Shown one piece after another: positions 29,628 through 38,448 of a DNA stretch of 64,000 nucleotides. How positions within the stretch are numbered: the first letter of the stretch is position 1; the number at the start of each line of letters is the position of its first letter. The position numbers were made by a program, and so were the translations under genes. This DNA is from Dehalococcoidia bacterium UBA1141 (lineage in GTDB: Bacteria; Chloroflexota; Dehalococcoidia; Lucifugimonadales; UBA3495), in contig DCAE01000109.1 in assembly GCA_002311385.1 (NCBI GenBank), forward strand, positions 118,385 to 182,384. Reading direction: 5' to 3'. Under the pieces are notes generated by a model. That model saw only the letters and a program-made list of their open reading frames with translations. It was not told the DNA's origin and made no database searches.

Positions 29628-30398
29628 ATGACGAAAATCATTCCTTGGAGTGACCCCTGCCCTGTGTCCCACATGATCAAAGCCATATCATTCGATTTTT
29701 ACAACACACTAGTCAGGTTCTGGCCTGCATTAGACGAAATCCAACAGGCCGCATGCCAAGAAATGGGCATCAACGTGTCAAAAAGTGGAATAGATAAAGG
29801 CTATTCCGTGGCTGACGTGTACTTCAACGAAGAGAACGCCAACGGTCCGATAGCTTTGCGAACCGATAGTGAGCGGTTGGATTTCTTCTCCAAGTATCAG
29901 CAGATGATAATGGAAGGGGCAGGCGTGCCGGTGTCCAAGGACCTGGCCAGGCAGATATGGACCATGGCCATGACCGTCCCCAAGGACTTCACTCCATTTG
30001 ATGAGGTAATTCCGGTGCTGGAGCAGCTAAAGTCCCAAGGTTACCGCCTTGGCGTCCTTTCCAACCTGAGAAGGGACATGTTGGAGCTCTGCGGCAGAAT
30101 CGGCCTCGCCAATTATCTTGATTTCTTCGTCAGTTCGGCAGATGTGGGCGCAGAAAAACCTCATGAGCCAATCTTTCTTGCGGCCCTTGAGAAAATGTCT
30201 GCGGAGCCTGGAGAAACCGTGCATGTGGGAGACCAATATTGTGCGGACGTAGTGGGGGCACGGGCCGTGGGAATGCATCCGGTGTTGATAGACCGGGGCG
30301 GCTGGAATGAGGCCATCGAAGACTGCCCCAAGATATCCAGCCTTTCCGAATTGCCTGGTCTTCTGGAGAAAGCCCCCGGCTCTCTTCTGACCAGCTAG
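29628..30398 (+). CDS. HAD-superfamily hydrolase with DxYxT motif I (haloacid-dehalogenase-like variant)
   Basis: ISFDFYNTLV, LSN, EKP and HVGDQ. The second Asp of motif I is replaced by Tyr. The start may be ATG 29673. Confidence 0.7.
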   Translation: MTKIIPWSDPCPVSHMIKAISFDFYNTLVRFWPALDEIQQAACQEMGINVSKSGIDKGYSVADVYFNEENANGPIALRTDSERLDFFSKYQQMIMEGAGVPVSKDLARQIWTMAMTVPKDFTPFDEVIPVLEQLKSQGYRLGVLSNLRRDMLELCGRIGLANYLDFFVSSADVGAEKPHEPIFLAALEKMSAEPGETVHVGDQYCADVVGARAVGMHPVLIDRGGWNEAIEDCPKISSLSELPGLLEKAPGSLLTS

Positions 30399-30797
30399 GT
30401 CAAATTCACGCCACCAAAGATTGTTCTCCAACCTCTCTTTCCTAGGCGTCTCCATTCTCGCCTATCCGCCTAACCCTATGCGTAACATCAACTCTTAAGC
30501 TGGCTTCAACTTGGCGCCAATCCGGCGCGAGTTCGCTTCTTTGTCAGTTATTAATTATGCATTAATTCGGCCTTCGCCCCCTCTCTAATCCCCATCCAAC
30601 GGCTGAATTCGCTGTCTTATGTGCCTACACCCATAGAACCGCTATGGGAAGACACTCTTACGTGGTGCGCTGGCTGGGTTCATCATGGGATAACGCGTAA
30701 TTGATACCTATGCGTTTTGATTGGAGCCCGGTTTTAGACGCCTCTGTACTCGCCTATCATGTTTGGATTCAGGCATAGAGGCATTTCTATAAAAGAA

Positions 30798-30831
30798 TGG
30801 GGCCATAAATCGATTGGGGCCATGAATCAAT
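30798..30831. repeat. tandem 17-nt repeat x2 upstream of the histidine kinase
   Basis: tggggccataaatcgat / tggggccatgaatcaat (15 of 17 identical). Confidence 0.85.
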
Positions 30832-30852
30832 AGTGAGCGAGAGTTGAGTAGG

Positions 30853-30891
30853 ACCAACCGCCGGATGAGTCGTACCAACGCAGGATGAGTC
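30853..30891. repeat. tandem 18-19-nt repeat x2 (ACCAAC..GGATGAGTC)
   Basis: accaaccgccggatgagtc / accaacgcaggatgagtc, ending 7 nt before ATG 30898. Confidence 0.8.
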
Positions 30892-30897
30892 TTAGCT

Positions 30898-32241
30898 ATG
30901 ATTGACCTAGAAATACCCTCGACATCCGCTGCCCTCATGGCTGAAGAGAGGCTGCTACTGGATTACGGCGTGGACACTGCCAAAATCATGGTGCGCTGCG
31001 TAGCCCATGACTTTAATAACCTTATCGCCGTAGTTCGCGGCTATGCCTCGGTTCTCCAAGGTAGGCCGGTGCTGGATCAAGACTCACGGGAATTGGTGGG
31101 CTTGATTGAACAAGCCGGCTCGGAGCTTGCCGCATTAACCGAACAAATGGCCAAGTTCGCGGATACCAGGGATAGCGATTTTTCATGGTACAACCTGAAT
31201 TCGGTGATATCAGAGATTGTGAATGAAGACCGGGACCAATCAACCCAGGGAATAGAGGTGGAATCCAAGCTGAACGACGACGTGCCCGAGTTATGGGGTG
31301 ACCCACAACTCATTGGAGACATGTGCCAAAAGTTGTGGCTAAACGCTCTAGATTCCGTGGCCGACGGAGGTCGGATTACTTTTGAAACCAGGCTTAGGTA
31401 TTACGATGACCAGAAGCAAAACAGGAATACCAGTGAAACCAGCCTAAAGTATTACGATGACCAGAAGCAAAACAAGAAGACAAATATAGTAAAAGTAGGT
31501 TCCCCGGACTCCATCAGTTCCAACGGAGCCGATGGTCAGACGAGTTCTCTAACCAATGGCATCAGCAAGACGGCCTATGCGCTGCTGCGAGTGACAGACA
31601 CCGGTGAAGGAATGGATGAGAAGACCCGCCTGAACATGCTGCGGCCATTTTTCACCACGAAAGCTGGCAGAGGCCGAGGCATGGGCGCCACGGTGGTTTA
31701 CGAGACGGTGAAGTCACACGGTGGCCACTTGCACGTGACCAGCGAACTCGGAAAAAGGACCAGCGTCGAAATTTATCTGCCGTTGCCAGAGGGAAACAAA
31801 GACCAACCTGTTGAGGAAAACAACCGGTCCAACGACTGTTCCTACGACTGTACCAACGACAGTTCAATCGAAACCCACCGGGCTACTTTGCTGGTGGTAG
31901 ACGACGATGACATGGTCAGAGTCACCATTCAAAGGATGCTGGCCCACCTTGGATATGACGCCATTACCGCCACAAGCGGGGAAGAGGCATTGGCCCTCTT
32001 TGAGGCCTCACGGCAAGACATATCCGGAGTGATTATGGACGTGACCATGCCAGGTTTAGGTGGCGTGGGAACCTTCCACCGCTTGAGAGAAATCGACGGA
32101 CAGGTCAAGATCATCGTGTCCAGCGGCGACCCTGGCAGCTTTGCCGTGGAAGAGCTTCTGGGATTTGGCGCATCTTCTTTGCTGGCGAAACCTTTCCCCA
32201 CCGAGGAATTATCCCGGGCGGTCGATAGCATTCTGCAATGA
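30898..32241 (+). CDS. hybrid sensor histidine kinase / response regulator (soluble)
   Basis: H-box VAHDFNNLIAVVRGY, N box LWLNALDS, G boxes DTGEGMD and GRGRGMGATVVY, then REC LLVVDDDDMV...VIMDVTMPG...AKPF. Confidence 0.88.
   Translation: MIDLEIPSTSAALMAEERLLLDYGVDTAKIMVRCVAHDFNNLIAVVRGYASVLQGRPVLDQDSRELVGLIEQAGSELAALTEQMAKFADTRDSDFSWYNLNSVISEIVNEDRDQSTQGIEVESKLNDDVPELWGDPQLIGDMCQKLWLNALDSVADGGRITFETRLRYYDDQKQNRNTSETSLKYYDDQKQNKKTNIVKVGSPDSISSNGADGQTSSLTNGISKTAYALLRVTDTGEGMDEKTRLNMLRPFFTTKAGRGRGMGATVVYETVKSHGGHLHVTSELGKRTSVEIYLPLPEGNKDQPVEENNRSNDCSYDCTNDSSIETHRATLLVVDDDDMVRVTIQRMLAHLGYDAITATSGEEALALFEASRQDISGVIMDVTMPGLGGVGTFHRLREIDGQVKIIVSSGDPGSFAVEELLGFGASSLLAKPFPTEELSRAVDSILQ
31384..31485 (+). 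repeat. in-frame 51-bp tandem duplication inside the HATPase domain
   Basis: The two units encode ETRLRYYDDQKQNRNTS / ETSLKYYDDQKQNKKTN. By my count 44 of 51 nt are identical, including a 26-nt perfect core. Confidence 0.9.
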
Positions 32242-32509
32242 CCTTAGGCGCATTTCTAACCCCATAGTTCCAGGGTGGCCAGTGAGCCAACCCAATCTCC
32301 AACGCCGTTTCCCTACACGCTTCAGTCATTCCCCATCTGACAATATTGGCCTGCTGGACAGCGGCCATCTAACCTCACGCCCGTTGGTTGACGCTGGTAA
32401 ATGGGGCTGATAGACTCGAACCAACCCAAGATTCCTCGGAGATTGAGCACAAGATTAGCTTTAATAAACCGACCGAGGAGTCCGGTAAACAAAGTGCGGG
32501 AGTCGAAAG

Positions 32510-33163
32510 ATGACCCAGCCAGTTCAGCCCTGGGAGCAAGGTACTAGCCCTGTTAGGGTAGCCGTATGGTACGACTACATTTGACCCTGGTGCTACGTCG
32601 GCCTGGAAAGAGTCGACAAGCTGGCCAAAGAGTACGATATCAAGGTGGAGGGGCGGGCCTACCTCCTGCGTCCCGATACCCCCAAAGAGGGATCGCCTAG
32701 GCCACCCCGGCCCGGCGAAACCGAGGATGAATTGTCCGACCCACTGCGCAGTCAAGCCAGTGAAGCTGGCCTAATCATGCGCCCTCCCTCGGTAACCCCC
32801 AACACAATGTATGCGCTTCAGGCCACCGAGTATGCCCAGCAGCAAGGCTTGTTCATGGAGTTTCACCACGCCGCCTACGTGGCGTTCTGGGAGAACCGCC
32901 AGGACTTGGGCGATTTGGCCGTTATAGAAGAAGTGGGGCGGGAGGTTGGGTTAAATACCAAGGAAATGATGGAGCGGTTGGAAAGCAACCACTACGAAGA
33001 AGCAGTGATGGGCCAGTACCAGGAAGCATTGCAGTACGGCATCAGCGGCATTCCTACTTTTTTGGTCGGGAATCTGATGTTCACCGGTGCCCACCCCTAC
33101 GACATTTTCAAATCCGCCATGGGGCGGTTGCTGTCGCCCGAGGAACCGCCGGCGTCAAGCTAG
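32510..33163 (+). CDS. DsbA/FrnE-like thiol-disulfide oxidoreductase, candidate selenoprotein (U-P-W-C)
   Basis: ATG 32510 (GGGAG upstream) is in frame with ORF 32645..33163 through a single TGA at 32582..32584. The context VAVWYDYI-U-PWCYVG is the DsbA-family CxxC strand. The C-terminus carries GISGIPTF. Confidence 0.75.
32597..32617 (+). promoter_or_regulatory. SECIS-like hairpin 12 nt after UGA
   Basis: GUCGGC - CUGGAAAGA - GUCGAC, 6 bp including one G-U pair. Confidence 0.45.
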
Positions 33164-33192
33164 TTTCGGTAACCAAAGCGCGGATCGAATCT

Positions 33193-33236
33193 AAAAAATA
33201 GGGGCGCCCAACGGATGTGGGGCGCCCCTATTTTAT
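33193..33236. terminator. bidirectional rho-independent terminator
   Basis: AAAAAATAGGGGCGCC - loop - GGCGCCCCTATTTTATT, between convergent genes. Confidence 0.85.
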
Positions 33237-33269
33237 TATCTTGGCTCTGGTCTGAGTTTACTTGATGAA

Positions 33270-35183
33270 TCAGTCGTCACTGGCCGAGGCAGGAACCAGC
33301 CCCCCTCCCGAGCCCGATAGGCCAGCATGGGTCAGACCGTAGTTCACCGCATGAAGCCTGGCGTAAACACCGCCCGACTCAAGTAATTCTTTGTGGTTCC
33401 CAACCTCTGCCACGCGTCCTTTGTCTAGGACAACAATCTTGTCTGCATTGCGAATGGTGGATAGGCGGTGGGCAATGACAATGGATGTTCTGCCCTTTAA
33501 GATGCGCTTTAAAGCATCCTGGATAAGCAACTCAGTCTGGGTGTCTATGTTGGCGGTGGCCTCATCCAGGATGATAACCCTGGGGTTCCCAACGATGGCC
33601 CGGGCGAAGCTCAATAGCTGACGCTGACCCACGCTGAGGTTCACACCGCGCTCCGCCAGCACCGTATCGTAGCCGTCTTCCAGTCCCATGATGAACTCAT
33701 GGGCCCCAACGGCTTTGCCCGCCGCTATCACTTCCTCATCGGTTGCATGTTGAACGCTGTATCGAATATTGTCGCTGATGGTGCCGGAAAACAGATAAGG
33801 CTCTTGGAGCACCATGCTCATCTGCCTAACCATCGACTGGCGATTCACCTGACGTATGTCATAACCGTCCATGGTGATTCTGCCCTTGGTGACATCAGCG
33901 AATCGGTGAATCAGGGTGACCATAGTGGTCTTTCCGGCTCCGGTTGAGCCGACTAAGGCGACATTTTCTCCGGGTTTAATATCGAGGTTTATGTCAATCA
34001 ATACGTCCACTTCTGGGACGTAATGAAAGGTCACATCCTCAAACCTGATGTGGCCTTTTATGGGGGGCATGTCTTCGGCGTCTTCTTCGTCGATGACCTC
34101 GGGCTTCAGGTCCAATACCTCGAAGATTCGGACTCCTGCGGCCATAGCCCGTTGCAATTGGCTGTACTGCATCGTCAGGTGGCGGACAGGTTCGAAAAAC
34201 CTCTGTATCCACAGAGCGAAGGCAACCAAGACGCCCCACTCCAGGCTTCCGCCTTGGGCCATGATGCCCCCAACCAGCACCACACCGAAGCCCATGCCGA
34301 TCCCTATCAGTATCTCCACCATGGGTTGTAGCCCACCGGAGAACCGGCTGGCTTCCAAGTTCGCGTCCAAGTGCTCTCGATTCAAGCTTTCGAAGTGCTT
34401 CAGGTTCACGTCCTGGCGGTTTAGACTCTCCACCACGCGGACACCGGTGATGTTTTGGTTGTACTCACCATTTACCATGGCGATCGCGCGGCGTATCCGC
34501 ATGAAGGAGTGGCGAGCGAACTTCTGCCAGTACCCCAGGATAAAGAACAGCACAGGCACGATACTCATGCTCACCAGAGCCAATCGCCAATCGATGAACA
34601 GCATCATGACGACAATTCCCAACAGGCTGAGAATGTCCGAGAAACTTTGGACAATCAGCTCAAAAGTTTCTTGTAGTTGAAGCACATCGCTCTGGCTGCG
34701 GGACATGATGCGGCCCACGGGGGTCCGGTGGAAAAATGAGGGAGACAATGTCTGAAGGTGGTTAAACATGGCAGTGCGGAGGGAATACAAGATCCCTTGC
34801 CCCACCTTGGGCATGTAGACCAACTGGACATAGTTGGCCAAGAAGTGCATCACCGTGACCCCAACAAAGATGCCGCCCACTACGTGCAGCCGCCACAATT
34901 CCCCTTCGTTGATGGCCCAGTTGATGCCCAGCATCATGAGCAGGGGAATACTCACGTTCCCCACTGTGTACAACAAGACCGCCAAAAGGCTAATAATAAC
35001 GTCTCGTTTATAGGGCTTTATGTAGCTTAGCAACCTGATCACAACTTTGTGGTCGTATACATTCCCGACGATGGTCTCATCGGTGAGGTTGTCCATGTTG
35101 GGTGTGTTTATGCCCCCGGCCTGAAGCCCGCGCATTCCGCCCATCATGCCGCCAAATCCGCCTCCCGGGCCTGCCGCGCGCAT
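33270..35183 (-). CDS. ABC exporter, fused permease/ATPase subunit (type I exporter)
   Basis: Six-TM region, then Walker A GSTGAGKTT, signature LSVGQRQ and Walker B IILDEATA. Gly-rich N-terminal tail. Confidence 0.9.
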   Translation of the reverse strand: MRAAGPGGGFGGMMGGMRGLQAGGINTPNMDNLTDETIVGNVYDHKVVIRLLSYIKPYKRDVIISLLAVLLYTVGNVSIPLLMMLGINWAINEGELWRLHVVGGIFVGVTVMHFLANYVQLVYMPKVGQGILYSLRTAMFNHLQTLSPSFFHRTPVGRIMSRSQSDVLQLQETFELIVQSFSDILSLLGIVVMMLFIDWRLALVSMSIVPVLFFILGYWQKFARHSFMRIRRAIAMVNGEYNQNITGVRVVESLNRQDVNLKHFESLNREHLDANLEASRFSGGLQPMVEILIGIGMGFGVVLVGGIMAQGGSLEWGVLVAFALWIQRFFEPVRHLTMQYSQLQRAMAAGVRIFEVLDLKPEVIDEEDAEDMPPIKGHIRFEDVTFHYVPEVDVLIDINLDIKPGENVALVGSTGAGKTTMVTLIHRFADVTKGRITMDGYDIRQVNRQSMVRQMSMVLQEPYLFSGTISDNIRYSVQHATDEEVIAAGKAVGAHEFIMGLEDGYDTVLAERGVNLSVGQRQLLSFARAIVGNPRVIILDEATANIDTQTELLIQDALKRILKGRTSIVIAHRLSTIRNADKIVVLDKGRVAEVGNHKELLESGGVYARLHAVNYGLTHAGLSGSGGGLVPASASDD

Positions 35184-36985
35184 TAGGCGTCACCTCCGTC
35201 GTCACTGGCTATAGCAGCGTCCAAGAGAAGCTCTTCTTGGGGCCGCAGTTGTAGTTCGTAGATGTCCCGATACATGCCGCCCTGAACCATCAGCGCTTCG
35301 TGGGTGCCCTGCTGTGCCACTACGCCATCTTTCAACACCACGATAAGGTCGGCATCCCGCACGGTGCTCAAACGGTGGGCAATAACAAAAGTGGTGCGGC
35401 CTTTCATGACCCCGATCATGGCTTCATGAATCTGACGCTCGGTTTCCACATCGACGCTGGATGTGGAGTCGTCTAGAATCAATATTGGCGGATTCAAAAG
35501 TATGGTGCGGGCGATGGACAAACGTTGCCTCTGACCACCGGACAGGGTCGTTCCCCGCTCACCGACACTGGTGTCATAACCGTCCGGCAACGACATGATG
35601 TGGTCGTGAAGTTGGGCCACTTTGGCGGCCGCTTCAATCTCCTCTAAAGAGGCATCCACGACGCCATATGCTATATTGTCGCGAATATTTCCGCCAAAGA
35701 GGAACACATCTTGTTGCACGATTCCCACGTTGCGGCGTAGCGAAGCAAGGGTGAAATCCCGTATGTCCCGGCCGTCTATGGTGATTCGGCCCTCGGTCAC
35801 GTCATAAAACCTGGGCAGCAGATTGACCACGGTGGTCTTGCCGCTGCCGGGCGCTCCGAGAATGGCCGTGACCTGGCCCGGTTCGGCATCGATGCTCAGG
35901 TGTTTCAAGGCAGGAAGCCTTGCTTCATAGGCGAATGAGAGGTCTTCAAACCTTACGTGGCCTTTAGACCGGTCCAAGTCGTCAGCCTCTTTCTTCTCTT
36001 CCACAGGCGAAACTGCGTCCAAAACATCGAAGAGCCTCTGGCCGGAAGAGATGGCCCGGGAGAAGCTATTGATGATGAATGCGGACATGCGTATGGGGAA
36101 GGTGAGCTGGTTCAAATACAGAATGAACATGGTCAGCTGACCAGGAGTTATGTCTCCCCTGATTACCTCCCAGCCTCCCACCCACAGAATCAAAGCCAAT
36201 GCCAAGGTGAAGTAGAAGGTCATCCATGCGCTGTTGGTTCCCTGCAACCGTTCGGATTGGAAGTACTCCCCCCGCAACCGTTGGGCGCTTTCAGCGAACT
36301 TTTCCTTCTCAAACTCCTCGGAGCCGAATGCCTTCACCACATGAATGCCCACCAGGTTCTCTTGCAAAACGGTGACCGTCTCACCCATCACTTCCTGGAC
36401 TCGGGTCCACATTTCCCGGAGGCGGCCCATGACCAAGGTGGTGCGAAAGACCAAGAATGGCACGAAGGCAAGGCTAATCAGGGCCAGTTTCCAATCTATG
36501 ACCACCAGGATGGCCGTGATGGCCACTATTCGCAACACTACTTCCAACGAGCGAACCAACCCCATGTTCACGAACCGGCGTACCGCCTCAACATCGGCGG
36601 TTGCCTTGGACATCAAGTTACCGGTGTGCTCTTTGTCGTGATAGGCGAAGCTGAGGTGTTGCAGCTTGTCGTAGAGTTGATTGCGGAAATCATAGGAGAC
36701 CAATTGGGACAGGGAGTCAACCGCGTAGGTGCGAGCAAAATCCAAGAAGCCGCGGACCAAGCTGGCGCAAAGGATAGCGGTGGCCAATAACACCAGGGTG
36801 GAACGGGCTACATCCTTACCGCCTATGCCTTCATCGGTGACGGACACCAACCGGTCAATTGAGGTTCCGAAGAGGTAGGGTATAAGCAGGGAAACGCCAA
36901 CGGCGCCGAGGAAAGTTAGGTAGGCCAAAGTAAGGCGGGTTGGGTACCGCCAGGCCATACGGGTGATGCGGATCAGGATTTGCAT
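35183..36985 (-). CDS. ABC exporter, fused permease/ATPase subunit, partner of 33270..35183
   Basis: Walker A GAPGSGKTT, LSGGQRQR and ILILDDSTS. Its stop overlaps the partner start (TAATG). Confidence 0.9.
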   Translation of the reverse strand: MQILIRITRMAWRYPTRLTLAYLTFLGAVGVSLLIPYLFGTSIDRLVSVTDEGIGGKDVARSTLVLLATAILCASLVRGFLDFARTYAVDSLSQLVSYDFRNQLYDKLQHLSFAYHDKEHTGNLMSKATADVEAVRRFVNMGLVRSLEVVLRIVAITAILVVIDWKLALISLAFVPFLVFRTTLVMGRLREMWTRVQEVMGETVTVLQENLVGIHVVKAFGSEEFEKEKFAESAQRLRGEYFQSERLQGTNSAWMTFYFTLALALILWVGGWEVIRGDITPGQLTMFILYLNQLTFPIRMSAFIINSFSRAISSGQRLFDVLDAVSPVEEKKEADDLDRSKGHVRFEDLSFAYEARLPALKHLSIDAEPGQVTAILGAPGSGKTTVVNLLPRFYDVTEGRITIDGRDIRDFTLASLRRNVGIVQQDVFLFGGNIRDNIAYGVVDASLEEIEAAAKVAQLHDHIMSLPDGYDTSVGERGTTLSGGQRQRLSIARTILLNPPILILDDSTSSVDVETERQIHEAMIGVMKGRTTFVIAHRLSTVRDADLIVVLKDGVVAQQGTHEALMVQGGMYRDIYELQLRPQEELLLDAAIASDDGGDA

Positions 36986-37448
36986 TCAGTCGATCGCGCT
37001 CTGGTCTCTTACCATAAAGTTGCTTTCGGCCCAATTAAGCAATCGCTGGCCACTCTGGCGTTCCGGCCACTCTCGCATCAATGAAAGATAAGGCTTTGCG
37101 GTCACAAGTCGCGCCTAACCATATTGCTCCCAGGCAGTCCTCAACTAAAGCAAACCATTAAGGCGTCCCGCAATGATAAATCGGCAGGTATTGGCGGATA
37201 ATGGTAGTTAATCAAAGGCCAGGATTGGGAATCGGAAGGCGATTTAGGCTATTGGTAAGAAACTAGTCCTAGTGAAAATCTGTGGCTATTAAGGCCATAA
37301 TAACCCCATTTAGCAGCCAGTTCAAGGGAAAAGGACGGGTGGGACGGTCCATTAAGCCTAGCTGAAAACCCTTCTTCTGCGAAGCAAACGGTCTGGGGAG
37401 CTTGTGAACGACCGGGGCAAACCCATATCGGCTTGGCCAGGCCGGAGG

Positions 37449-38182
37449 TTATTTTCGGGCCAGAACTTCTACCGCTACCACGGCCTGATTCTTCGTGCGA
37501 GCGTTTCGGAATGTGCGTAGTACGGCAGCGTCTTTGAAGCCTGCTTGGCGGAACTCCTGAAGGAAGACTACGCCCTCCTTGGCTCCAGCCACTCAAGCAA
37601 ACCAATTCTCAGGTGTTGGTTCTACTTTCTCTGAACCGGCTTCCCGCAGAACAAGCTCCGCCGCAAATACGCATCCTCCAGGCTTCACCACTCGGGCAAG
37701 CTCTGTGAATATCTTTGAACGTTCCGAGTTCAAGTTGAATATCCCATTAACCAACGCCACATCTACGGAGAGATCTTCCAAGGGCAGGCTTTCTGCGTCA
37801 GAGTGAAATATCTTGATATTGGTGGCCCCGGATTCCAGCACGGCCTGTTCCATGCTCGATAGCATCGCCGAACTAAAATCCACAGCCAGTACTTGACCTT
37901 GGGGCCCAACACGCCCAGCGGCAATGATGGAGTCCAATCCTGCGCCGGAGCCCAAATCCAATACCGTCGCTCTTGATGGAATCTCCGCCAACAAGGACAG
38001 GTTAGAGACGCCAGCGAATGCGTCTACAGCCACCGCGGGCAACCCCCTGGCGGGATAGCGCCGACACTCTCGGCTAAATCCCGGCCAACGGGGAACGGAT
38101 GGTCCTCATCAGGGTGTTGAGCAGCCCTGCTATATGCTTCTCGAACGCCCTCTCTAAGACCCGAAACATTTATTTCATTCAT
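37449..38182 (-). CDS. ArsM-like class I SAM methyltransferase, candidate selenoprotein, also carrying a one-base frameshift
   Basis: The track ORF 37593..38042 continues in frame past TGA 37595..37593 for 47 codons to TAA 37451..37449 (PENWFA-U-VAGAKEGVVFLQEFRQAGF...). The N-terminal 47 codons from ATG 38182 (MNEINVSGLREGVREAYSRAAQHPDEDHPFPVGRDLAESVGAIPPGG) are shifted at a G5 run (38043..38047 on the + strand). SAM motif VLDLGSGAGLD. Confidence 0.7.
37560..37580 (-). promoter_or_regulatory. SECIS-like hairpin 12 nt after UGA
   Basis: AAGGAGG - GCGUAGU - CUUCCUU, 7 bp including one G-U pair. Confidence 0.5.
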
Positions 38183-38266
38183 TTCCAACAGACCCGGCGA
38201 TAAAATCCTTACTCTGTCGATAATAGGCGTAAATTTTTAGTCAATCAATTGCATTTTGTTTATTTC

Positions 38267-38290
38267 ATCGATAAAGTGGCGTTTATCGAT
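38267..38290. promoter_or_regulatory. perfect 9-bp inverted repeat, operator-like (ATCGATAAA-N6-TTTATCGAT)
   Basis: Lies in a visibly AT-rich spacer upstream of the ArsM-like gene. Further CGATAA half-sites occur at 38198..38204 and 38217..38223. Confidence 0.5.
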
Positions 38291-38448
38291 AATTTTCCTA
38301 AATAAATATCATAATGCATGGTTTATGTAATAAGAGTCGAACATGATTGAGGCAGGGAGAAGATTTCAGCAGGGTAATTGTGGGCCGACCCGGTCGAGCC
38401 TGTGCTGATGAGCCGGTGTTGCTGAGCCAGGGGTGTGGGCCAACAGGC

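Noticed and set aside
32400-32460. tRNA-like T-arm string (GGTTCGAGT on the minus strand) just upstream of the DsbA-like Sec candidate, considered as a possible tRNA-Sec
   Set aside because: Flanking sequence does not form a T stem, acceptor stem or anticodon arm. No cloverleaf can be drawn.
5825-36790. Many other long antisense or overlapping ORFs, e.g. 5825..6370(+), 7699..8235(+), 14192..14803(-), 17694..18185(-), 22182..22838(+), 34048..34680(+), 35957..36790(+)
   Set aside because: Each is embedded opposite or out of frame within a gene that carries unmistakable family motifs (alaS, cbiT, ACAD, aroA, the ABC exporters). Their Arg/Pro/Ser/Gly-rich translations are typical of shadow frames.
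37249-37605. 118-aa minus-strand ORF downstream of the methyltransferase
   Set aside because: It overlaps the Sec-extended methyltransferase 3' end in a different frame and has an Arg/Ser/Gly-rich nonsense-like translation.
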